A stretch of 64,000 bases of DNA from Mobula hypostoma (Eukaryota). Numbering within the stretch: the first letter of the stretch is position 1; every line of letters starts with the position of its first letter. Shown in pieces: positions 13,501 through 25,500 of the stretch. The translations under genes and the position numbers were made by a program. Location of the stretch: NCBI RefSeq assembly GCF_963921235.1, contig NC_086097.1, positions 39,248,001 to 39,312,000 of the forward strand, in the 5' to 3' direction. Under the pieces are notes generated by a model. The model saw only the letters and a program-made list of their open reading frames with translations. It ran no database searches and was not told where the DNA came from.

Positions 13501-16500
13501 CATACCAGGCACCCAGTACTCTCTTTTTAAAAACAACTTGCCACGCACATCTCCTTTGAACTTAACCCTCTCTCACCTGAAATGCATTCCCTCTGGTATT
13601 AGACATTTCAACTTGGGGAGTGGGGGGGAGGGGAGATACTGTTTGTCTATTTATGCCTCTTATAATCTTATAAACCTCTATCAGATCTTCCTTCCACCAA
13701 TGCCAATCCAGCGAAAACAACACGTTTGTCCAACCTTTCATTAAAGCACATGCCCTTTAATTCAGGGAGCACCAGGTAAACCTCTTCTGCACCCTCTTCA
13801 AAGCCTTGACCTCTTTCCTATAATGCGACGATCAGAACTGTATGAAATAGTCCAGGTGTGGCCTGACTGGAGTCTTATAAAGCTGCAAAGTAACTTCCTG
13901 ACTTTTGAACTAAGTGCCTCGACTAATAAAGTCGAGCATGCTATATGCCTTCTTAACCATCCTATCAACCTGTGTAGCCACTTTCAAGGAACTACAAACT
14001 CGGACCCCTAGATCCTTCTGCTCATCAGCACTGTTAAGGGCTCTTAATTTTATCTGTTCATAGCCCACATACGTAGAAATGCTGTGATTTATGTAGCCAA
14101 TTTGTATGTTGTTTTAGAGCTTGATTACATTAAATGTTTAATCTTTTAATAATTTGCATTTTTATTTGCAGAGTGACTGTGGCTATTCATTGGAAATTAT
14201 GCCTTATTTAAATAGAAATGATATTTTCGAAACAGCCATCACACCACAATCTAAATTTACACCTACATCCATTGCAAGTAATCAAGAAAAATGTAAACTG
14301 GATCAGTTAACGAAGCCTATGCAAGAGAGGAAGAAATGTAAAAATAATCGTGTAAACCAAAATATGCATATGTTAATGGATGAAGATCAGGAAAGCTCTC
14401 TTGTTAACACAAGTAAAATAAAAAGATCTAGGGGTTTTTGTTCCTCCTCTAGTCTTGAAGTTGTAAATTCCAAAGAAGCAAAGGAGTCTGCACTGTGTGT
14501 TGCAGGGAATTGTAGAGGTGAAGACGTTCCCTCTGAAGATGCTATAACAAAACCTGATGAACAGATCTGCCTGTCAGAGGGAGAAACTGAAGTAGAGATA
14601 AGTAACAATGTGCAGAGTATATCTTGTTTTGATTTGTTAGGATCAAGGGAAATACTGGAAGATCACATAAAAATCAATTTGAAAGATGTTTCTTCTGAAA
14701 ACAGATCAACTAACACCAAACCTAAAACTGATTACACAAGGAAGAAAGAAAGTGGAGGGTGCGATGAATTGAACAATGTTGACTCTGGCCATGATAGTCA
14801 ATTAAAGAAATCAGCAATGTGTGAAAGAAATCTATCCAAATTGTTTTATCTCCCAGAGTCTGTCCAATTTCAGAACCACAATATACATCGAAGTTCTTCA
14901 AATTCAAGCCGAGCAAGAAATGGATATTATTCACTCGATGTTGAACATTCCAGTTATGAATCAGAATATTCCAATGACAATTTAATAAAGCAGGTTCCTG
15001 CTGGCATTGAAATAGTTCTGGAAAATGTAACAAATTTTCTTAATACATCTCCTCCTGTAGACGGGTTTCCCTTTTTAGAAGAAGGGAATTATTGGCAATC
15101 AACTGCTTTAGAAACAGCAGCAGTTAATGTTTTAAATCCCCAGAAAGGTGGTTCACCAGCAGTCAATATTAAATCACCAGCTTTAATGACTTGCAAAGAG
15201 AGTGTGACCTTTGAACCCTTGACCAATCATGGTAATGCAGGATCCAGCCCCTCCTGGGATGATTTATTTGATAACAGTATTGAATATTTGGAACAAGATC
15301 ATAAAGCTCAGTCAAATATAATTGAAGAAGAAATATTTAATTCCTCACACCAGTGTCATAACAAGATTGAAGAAAATAAAAGCAAAAACATAACATTGAA
15401 GGACTCTATAAAGGATGAGCTATTTGTATACGAAAACAGTTTGTCTTTGTTTGAAGATAACCTGTCACGTACTGATCTTTCAACTCTCTGCATTCTGAAC
15501 AATAAAACCTGTGCAATCACAGAGGATATCTCTGGACCCCAGCAGCAGTCCACTGTGTTGAATGAGCCTGTCCAAAATGTGCAGGCATCCACCAACAAAA
15601 CTTTGGAAAATGAAGAACCTAAACGAGGTGTAACAGGAGAGTCAATTCTGCATGAAAATATATGTGTTGATCAGCATAGACCTGATACTAATGATAGTAG
15701 CAGTAATATGTACAACTGTTCAGATGAATTATTTTCTGTTAACTTTGATCTAGGCTTTTCATTTGAAGATATTGCTAGAGGTGGCGAGGCTTCTATGACT
15801 AATACTATGTACAGCAAAAGCACTGAATGCTCAAAACATTTTGCAGAAAAACCTTCAGAAAATGTGGAGATTCAAGATGAATGCAGCAATGTGGCTGATT
15901 CAGAATTATTTGTTGAAGCAGCAAAAATAAAAAGGAAGTACTCTACACCAATTTCTTTGAAACATACATCTTTACAACCTGGCAAAATGGATACTTGTAA
16001 TGAAATACGACCTTCGACAACACAGGATTTATTTTCTCCAATTTCCCAGCATGATCGCCAGGTTTTCTGTACCTCATCTCCAGCCTTTGCATCCATTACA
16101 CCAGAAAGAAGATCTCCCAACTTCTGCAATACTACTTTTAGCAAAGTGCTGTTTAAAAACAGTCCAGTGATTTCTCAAAATGCTGTAATGAGGAATGTTA
16201 CAGAAAACATTGAGGTTGTTAAAAATGGTTTCTTTTCTGAATTGGAAGATTGTCCTGACAATTCTGAGGCTGCCATGAAATACAATGCAAGTGGAAAGCA
16301 TGGAGAGAAATCACTTAAAAATAACAATCCGAATATTTTCTGCAAAAATCTTTTAACATCTATCAATGGTAAGATACTTAACTTTAAATTTTGATTATTA
16401 ATATATTCTTAATTTTAAAAATTATTATTAGTTATAGCTTAAATGTGTAAAATAGGTAACCTGACTGGAAACACAATCTTATTGTATTTCTTAATGTTTT

Positions 16501-19500
16501 ATGTTGTTTATAGACAAGGACAGACAAGAGCAAGGTAATCTACAGATGGGATGGGAGGGTTGAAATGTTTTTATTTTAATGGAAGGAGTATTAAGGGTAA
16601 AAGGAGTTAACAATACATGAAACTACAATATTGTGGGCTTTACAGAGGCTTGGTTGAGAGATGGCTGGGGCCTGCTGTTCAATGTGCTATTTGGTTTATT
16701 TAAAGCGGGGATTGGTAGGTTCTTGATTAGCAAGAGCATCAAAGGTTACTGGGAGAAGATGGGAGAATGCAGTTGAGAGGGATAATAAATCAACTATGAT
16801 TGAATGGTGGAGCAGACTCGATTGGCTAAGAGGTCTAATTCTGTACCTTTGTCTTATGGGATCTCTGCTGTTTGTGATATGTATAAATGACTTGGATGAA
16901 AATGTAGATGGGCAAGTTGGTAAGTTTGCAGATGATACAAAGATTGATGATGTTGGTTGTACAGAGTGTTTCCAAAGGATAGAGCGAGATATTGTTCAAC
17001 TGCAGCTATGACTGGCGAATTGGAGAAAGGAGTTTGATCTGGGCAAGTGTGAGGTGTTGCATTTTGGGAGATCAAATGTGAAGGGAAAGGACACAGTTAA
17101 TGGCAGGGTCTCTAACAATATTAATGTACAGAGAACATTGGGATCCAACCCACATCTCCCTGAAATGGTTTTCCCTGGAGAGGCTGTGGTGCAACATGGT
17201 GGAAATACAGGTTAACCACTGATTTTCTGGAAACTGATGGTTCGGCACTTCTTTTAATTCAGATGAAATTACGAGATGTATTTTACTGAGTGGCTACCAG
17301 ATGGCATTGTGTGCAGCGCATACGGCGCCATCTGTGGCAAGACTCATCTTGGCAAAAGCACACTATTTTTATTACAGGTTTCCCCCGCCATCCGAAGGTA
17401 GAGCATTCCTATGAAACGGTTCTTAAGCCGGAACATTGTAAAGTGAAAAAGCAATTATCATTTATTTATATGGGAAAAATTTGTGAGTGTTCGCAGAGCC
17501 AAAAAATAACCTACCAAATCATACCAAATAACACACAAAACCTAAAATAACAGTAATATACAGTAAAAGCAAGAATGATATGATAAATACACAGTCTATA
17601 TAAAGTAGAAATACTTTTCTACAATAATTGCCGCACTGTTCTCCGTAGTGAAAATCTCACGGCAGCACTCTCAGCAGAAGCGCTCTCGGCAGAAACACTC
17701 TCTCCAGTAACCTTTAAGCTATGAAGCTGCCAAATCATACCAAATAACACATAAAAATACACAGCCTATATAAAGTAGAAATAACATATGTACAGTGTAG
17801 TATCACTTACCAGAATTGGGAAGACAGCGCCAAGCACACTGATGATGGTGTGTTAAGCTGAGTTGTCGGAGGTTGGGGTGGTGCAGTGGTCCCCAACCTC
17901 CAGGCTGCAGACTGATACCGATCTGCGAAGCATGCAGGGGTACAGCAGTGGCCGGAATGCACCCAGCACATCTTTAAGAAAAATGCAGAAATAAACAAGC
18001 TAATTGATTAGGTGCCACCGGGCACGTAAATGTCGGCCCAGATCAGAGATGACAATCTCATCGTCGTCTGTTTCCATCAGGGCAGGCGGGTCATCATCTT
18101 CTATGTCTGTCTGCCTCGATGTCGAAGGTTGAGGTTCGTCGTCTGCTGTGGCTGATGTGGAAGGCTTGAAAAACGACAGTATGCTTGACTGCTTAGCCTC
18201 GTGCATTTTTCTATCATCTCATGCATTTGCTTCACGTTCAGTTCCTGGACGACTTCACTTTTGGTCCATTTGCTACTGCATTCTGTTTCGATTGTTATCC
18301 TTTCCTCTTCCAATTGCATCAGTTCTTCATCTATCAGTTCTTGGTCATGGGATGCCAAAACCTCTTCAACATCATCTTCGCCAACTTCCACAAGCCAAAC
18401 TCATTTTGTCCTTGCTTCGTTCACCACGATCAAAATGCTTAATTATGTCTAGTTTTACGCTAAGTGTAATACCCTTACGAGCCCTTTTCGCCTTTTCCGA
18501 TACCATAGAACTCATCTTGCTAACGGCTGCTCACAAGCACGTGTTTAAGTGATGCCGGCTAGAATGCCGTTCTGGGGGAGGAGTTTGGCTGCTCGGGACG
18601 TGTGCTGCCTTTTTTGTAACAGTTAAAACACCTTCTGTTAGTGAAAACAGGTAACTAATGTAGGTCTTTGGTAACAGTGAGGTTTCGTAAAGCGAATGTT
18701 CGAAAAGCGGGGACACCTGTATTTACATTGCACTTGTTGGTCAGAGTCCCAATATTTTGTGCTTATTTTTGCTTATTTTATGTAAATTTAACCCTACCTA
18801 TGGCTTCTAAGATAAGTGCAAGTAACAGTGGTGGTGTCAAACATAAACATCAGTCCATATCGATCCAAGAGAAGGTTGAAATGTTGAAAAGACTGAGCTA
18901 AGTTGCTTCCATGCATAAACCGTGTGACTTGCATGGCATTGGTACATCAACTATGTATGATATAAAACACCAAAGAGGAAAAATTTGCAATTCTATGCAA
19001 ACAGTGATTTGCTAAAGCAAATGAGTATTAGAAAAGCTATGAAAATTGGTAAGAGCACTCAGCATGATTGATTAATGATTAAACCGTTTCATCAGCATTG
19101 GTGTGTTGGATTCGACTTGTTGGGCGGTATGATAATTGCCAAGCTAAGTTGTTTCATAAAGAATGTAAATTAGAACATGCATGCGACGATAGTGAAGGTT
19201 TAAGAAGCGCCGTGGAATTTCCATGCGTAAAGTGTGTGGAGAGAAACGGTCTATAAACCACCATAGCTGACAAAAACCTCAGTCCTGAGCAGGTGTATAA
19301 AGCAGCTGAAACTGCATTATACTGGCAATGCATACCTAGGAAAACATCAGCAACAGAAGATGAAGAAGATCCCACAAGATTCAAACAATCTAAGGACAGA
19401 TTTACCATTTTAGGGTACTTCAGTGCAGCAGCTACTCAGATGTAAACTACTGGTGATTGGAAAAAGTAAATGTCCTAGGGCCTTGAAAGGAGTTTAAAAT

Positions 19501-22500
19501 TTACCAAGTAACACGAAGATTGCAAAATTCTTATTTTGGATAACTGTTCAGCTCACCCCAAAGCTGAACTCCTGTGTACCAATGATGTTTTTACAGTGTA
19601 TTTACCACCAAACTGTACATCGCTTATCCAACCTCAAGACCGAGGAATACTGCGCTCTCTAAAAGCCAAGTATTGCTCACTTTTCCTGAAACATTGGTTA
19701 GATCAGGTGAATGCTGGCCATTCTGTTCAAGCATTTATTAAAGAATTTAACATGAAGGACGTTCTTTGGTTCATTGTTCGAGGGTGAGAGAAGGTAGAAG
19801 CTTCAACACTAAAGAATGGCTAGCATAAGTTGTGGCCTGCCTTGAGGTTTGGTAATGCGCCTGAGGAAAAGCTTGACGATGATTTTTCAGGATTTTGTGT
19901 ACCAAAGGAGACAGAAGTTGTTCATGATTTGCTTATGTATGCAAAACGTGTTACAGGACCTGCTTTTGAAGATACAGCAAGTAGTCTTAATGAAGAAAAT
20001 CCATGTGAGTGGATGATCGTCAATGACAAAACACCTGTTGTGCATCACCTTATGGACTCAGAAATCATAGACAGTGTTCTGAATGCTGATAAAACATTGC
20101 AAATGATGAAGATGGCAGCAGTGATAAAACTGAAAGATTTACTATTGAATTAACAAGTTAATTGAGTTGTTGGGTGATTTAGTCAAAGAGTTGAAGAAAC
20201 GTACCTTTGTGACAGAAAGCTAATGAATTTTTATTTGATGCAAGAATAATTACACAGAGAGAGAGATCAAATCACATGAAACAACATCAGCTGGAGTAAA
20301 TGTTTAACAAGATAACTAAGAAGCAACATTCTTTGTAAGCACAGTAATTAATAAATATACATTTACTTTTTGTTTAATTAATAATCCTTTTTAAGCTTCT
20401 CCAGTCCATTTTTGCCATTATTATTATATGACCTCTTTAAATCTGGCAAAAATGTTAATCTGGCAAGGCTCAGGAACTGAGGGTGCCAGAAAATCAGTGG
20501 TCAACCTGTATATAAAATTATGAGAAGCATAGACCAGGGTGGAAATGTCACATACTAGAGGAAATGGATTTAAGGTGGGAAGGTGAAAGTGTAAAGTAGG
20601 TTTATGAGACTTTTTTTTTCCACACAGAGTAATAGGTGCCTGGATTGTACTGTCAGGTGTAGTTGTCAAGGTAGATGAAATAGAGGTGTTGAAGAGGCTC
20701 TTATGCTATGAATATGCAGGGATTGGATTGGATCGGGTCAATGTGGATCATGTGCAAGCAAAAGAAAATTGATGTCATTAGCATAATTAGTTTGGTACAA
20801 CATTGTGGGAGGAAAGACTTGTTCCTGTGCTGTAATGTCCTGTGCACTGTATCTTCCATGGTCCTAATAAAGATAAGATAGCTGGCTGAAGCTAATGGGT
20901 TGTGACCCTGTGTATAAAAGGGGCAGAACTTCTCACAGACTGCTATTTTACATTTTAGTATTTAGTTAATTACAAAACTTTTCATTCTTGCTTGCTATAA
21001 TACTTGCATCCCTTAAATGGTTAGGAATCAATTATTGATGATGTCTTTAATTTTGAATAAGATTTTATGAACAGTTATAGTAAATTTTGTGCAAACACGA
21101 GGAAATCTGCAGATGCTGGAAATCAAGCAACACACATCAAAGTTGCTGGTGAACGCAGCAGGCCAGGCAGCATCTCTAGGAAGAGGTACAGTCGACGTTT
21201 TGGGCCGAGACTCTTCGTCAGGACTAACTGAAAGAAGAGCTAGTAAGAGATTTGAAAGTGGGAGGGGGAGGGGGAGATCCGAAATGATAGGAGAAGACTG
21301 GAGGGGGAGGGATGGAGCCAAGAGCTGGTCAGTTGATTGGCAAAAGGGATATGAGAGGATCATAGGACAGGAGGCCTAGAGAGAAAGAAAAGGGGGAGGG
21401 GGAGAAATAAGCCCAGAGGATGGGCAAGGGGTATAGTGAGAGGGACAGAGGGAGAAAAAGGAGAGAGAGAGAAAGAATGTGTGTGTATATAAATAAATAA
21501 CGGATGGGATACGAGGGGGAGGTGGGCATTAGCGGAAGTTTGAGAAGTCAATGTTCATGCCATCCGGTTGGAGGCTACCCAGACGGAATATAAGGTGTTG
21601 TTCCTCCAACCTGAGTGTGGCTTCATCTTGACAGTAGAGGAGGCCATGGATAGACATATCAGAATGGGAATGGGACGTGGAATTAAAATGTGTGGCCACT
21701 GGGAGATCCTGCTTTCTCTGGCTGACAGAGCGTAGGTGTTCAGCGAAACAATCTCCCAGTCTGTGTCGGGTCTCGCCAATATATAGAAGGCCACATCGGG
21801 AGCACCGGACGCAGTATATCACCCCAGCTGACTCAGGTGAAGTGTCGCCTCACCTGGAAGGACTGTCTGGGGCCCTGAATGGTGGTAAGGGAGGAAGTGT
21901 CAGGGCACGTGTAGCACTTGTTCCGCTTAGCAGCATCAACCAGGTAGCGGAACCAAAATTTCTCTACGCCTTGCAGCCAGCCAGCCACCTGACACGCGCC
22001 CGCCCGATCTACCCACCACAGGTCAGTGCGGGATGGCTCAGGAGTCGTGGTGACGGGTTCAGACGCGAGCAACGGCCTTTCGTTTGCAGTATTTACGTTC
22101 GGCAAGGCAGGATGTGGGTTTTCTCTTTCCTTCAATGCCTCCCGCTATCAGCATAGCCGCCGCCGGTCATACTCACCGCGTGCCGCAGCTGCGAATTCTC
22201 ACCACTGCGCCGCTGCCCCCGAAATGGCGACTGCTGCTGCTGCCATGGAGCTAACTCGAGAGAGGACGGTCGTGTGGTCCACACATTTTAATTCCACATC
22301 CCGTTCCCATTCTGATATGTCAGTCCACGGCCTCCTCTACTGTCAAGATGAAGCCACACTCAGGTTGGAGGAACAACACCTTATATTCCGTCTGGGTAGC
22401 CTCCAACCTGTTGGCATGAACATCGACTTATCAAACTTCCGCTAATGCCCCACTTCCCCTTCGTACTCCATCCGTTATTTATTTTTATACACACATTCTT

Positions 22501-25500
22501 TTTCTCTCTCTCTCCTTTTTCTCCCTCTGTCCCGCTCACTATACCCCTTGCCCATCCTCTGGGTTTTTCCCCCCTCTCCCCCTTTTCTTTCTCCCTGGGC
22601 CTCCTGGCCCACGACCCTCTCATATCCCCTTTGCCAATCACCTGACCAGCTCTTGGCTCCATCCCTCCCCCTCCTGTCTTCTCCTATCATTTTGGATCTC
22701 CCCTTCCCCCTCCCACTTTCAAATCTCTTACTAGCTCTTCTTTCAGTTAGTCCTGATGAAGGGTCTCAGCCCCAAATGTTGACTGTATCTCTTCCTAGTA
22801 AATTTTGTCTTATTTTCTCCTAATGATAACTGATATCAAAAGGCCTTTCTCCTGCTCTCTTGGAATTGCATTCAAATGTGATTACCTTGTTCTCAATTAC
22901 ACGTGGTCAGAAATGTTGCAATGGATAATGTGTAAGGAGTAATTTTTATATGAGAATTCAACAATGTAGAAAGCAATGTTGAAGCATTGACAGAGCATAG
23001 GAAGGCATTACGTAGAACTTAAGTAGAAAGTAAATGAGTGCACAGAGAATTAGGCACATACGGATAAGTAGCAAAGGAGTGTTGAGTTAGAATTCACCAG
23101 GAATAACTGTTGTATAAGAGTGGTTTCATGATTTGGTCAATGCTGGTAGTTTATTGGAAAAATTATATCTTCCAGGCATAAAACACAGCTGTAAAGTTAA
23201 AATTGACCATTAAGTAACAGTGGTTTTGAACTTTTAAATAGTTTAATAATTTTTAAAGAAAAATAATTTTTTTTTAATGTCTGGTAAAATGCATTTTTTC
23301 CCCCAGGTGAATGCGACAGTGAGAGTGATGAAGATGTTATCAGAAGACCTAATAAAAGAATAAAATTCTCTTCTCTTGAGTCTCCTGAGGTGGGTCACCA
23401 AAATACAGCTTGTTGCAGCATTTTTCTTCACCAGAAGGAACAGTTTTTCACTTAACTAAGAATGAGTGGTTAAAAAAAGTTGTAGTTTTATGCTATTGGC
23501 ATTCAATCACTTGAATCTGTTCCACCATTGATATAACTTATGGTTATCTGTACTTTGCCTCCATTAACCTAGTTTTTGTCCCATGATCCTCCTAATATGC
23601 TGGATGATCTCCTGCTAGGGTGCTGTCTGATATCGTACTAAATTAAATGTTGACCGATTTTAGTTTGGTTAGTACTCGGTGTTTTTCTAGAATTCTTTGA
23701 AGAGTTGAGGGAAACATAGATACGAGGGGTGATTGATAAGTTCGTGGCCTAAGGTAGAGGAATCAATTTTAGAAAACCTAGCACATTTATTTTTCAACAT
23801 AGTCCCCTCCTACATGTACACACTCAGTCCAGCGGTCGTGGAGCATACAGATCCCTTCTTTGTAGAAGTGGTCCACAGCAGGGGTGATTGATAAGTTCGT
23901 GGCCTAAGGTAAAAGGACGTGAGTTATTAACTTCAAACTTTCCGCATTATCACTCAGAGAGTTGAACTGCACGTGCATGTGATGAGAGTGTCTTGGACCT
24001 CCAGGTGGTCCACAGCTGGGGTGATTGATAAATTTGTGGCCTAAGGTGGAAGGTGATGAGTTATACAGCTCTTGTTACATGCACGTGCAGTTCAACTCTG
24101 TGAGTGAAAATGCAGAAAGTTTGAAGTTAATAATTCATCTCTTTTTATGTTAGGCCACGAGCATTCCCTGCTCTCATGCCTGGGCCCTGCTGCCTTGATT
24201 CGACTACCTTCCTGCACCTTCGAGACTTTGTTGGGTCAGGTCACACAGGCTGTTCAAAAGCTGAACTCTGAAAGGGAAGTTACGGGCTATTGATTGCAGT
24301 GAATGTTTACCAGAAAGAGTGTGATAGTTTTCTTTGTAGTAGTTTTCTTTGTTTTGTTTGCTACAGGAAAGTGGCTGTCTTAAACTGATGTAAATACTGA
24401 AGTATTGCAGGGATTGATTCTTTACCCTCAATTGGTTACTATTGATATGAGTGATCTAGAGAAGGGAATGAAATGCATGCTTTCCAACTTTGTCAATACA
24501 AAAATATGATGAGGACTTTGGATTCTGCAAAAGAATATTGATAGATTGAGTGACCAGGTGAAAATTTGACAAATGGGGGGAAAGTATCAGGTTATGAACC
24601 TGACAGATTATTAGACTGCAAATAGGTGTGGTTAAAAGGATCTAGGTTTTCTAGTACATGAATCACAAAAAGTTGGCAGGTCCAACACAAAAAAAGCAAC
24701 ATTTTTCAAAAAGCTTGGAGTTTAAGAATAGGGAGGTTTTGTTGCAGTTATACAGGGCATTGGTAAGGCCTCACCTGGAATACTATGCAGCTTTGGCCCT
24801 CTTTCTTTCAGTAAAAAAGGGATGGAGGTTGTTCAAAGGAGATTCACCAGGCTATTTCCTGAGATATAGAGGATTGTTCTATCAAGGGATGCTAGATAAT
24901 TTAGATCTGTATTCTGAGTTTAGAAGAATGAAGGGTGACCTTATTCAAACACGCAAGATCCTGAGGGGGATTGAAATGTTATGATGTTTTCACTTGTGGG
25001 AAAGTGAAGGGATGTAACTGCAAAATAAAACTGAAGTGTGCAGAAATTTCTTTTTATTGAAGGTGTTAAATGCCTGGAATTCTTTGTTCCCATGAATGGT
25101 GGAGGTCAGTTAATTGCACATAATTGTTGGTGATATATTTGCAAAAAGTTGAGGGTTATGGGGTTCTGGCATAGAGGTGGGTGGGAAACCACTGTTCAGT
25201 GCTTTAACATTCCTATTAAATACTCCTGTCTGGATTTAGTCAATAAAAAAAATTGGTTTTAAACCAACTTAGTTTTATTTTAAAGGCTTTTATACCCTTG
25301 TAATTTCATATTCACGCAACTTAGTCTTGCAACAAAATCCTTTTACATTCCAATATTCATCTGATGAATCAGTATTCTAGCCTTTCAAAAGACCACTGTA
25401 TCATAGAACATAGAGTACTACAGCACAGTACAGGTCCTTTGACCCATGATGTTGTGCAGATCTTTTAACTTACTCTTTGTATCCTTGGTGAAATCTGCTT

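Larger units (their letters stand above)
16690..20850 (+). mobile_element. CR1 remnants split by nested Tigger elements
   Basis: LLFVICINDLDENVDGQVGKFADDTK before 17207; the CR1 3' part resumes at 20509 (tataaaattatgagaagcatagac). Confidence 0.7.

Noticed and set aside
14154..16394. 746-aa ORF as a standalone novel gene
   Set aside because: It is bounded by splice sites and carries the FANCM MM2 motif, so it is the large internal FANCM exon.
22026..22445. 139-aa ORF (MATAAAAMEL... fused to a GIY-YIG C-terminus) as a chimeric gene
   Set aside because: It spans the insert/Penelope junction and lacks the GIY and YIG motifs; most likely a chance frame fusion.
23723..24050. CRISPR-like array (three repeats of about 30 bp)
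   Set aside because: Vertebrate intron, long spacers related to each other, no cas genes; the repeats are mariner TIR units.
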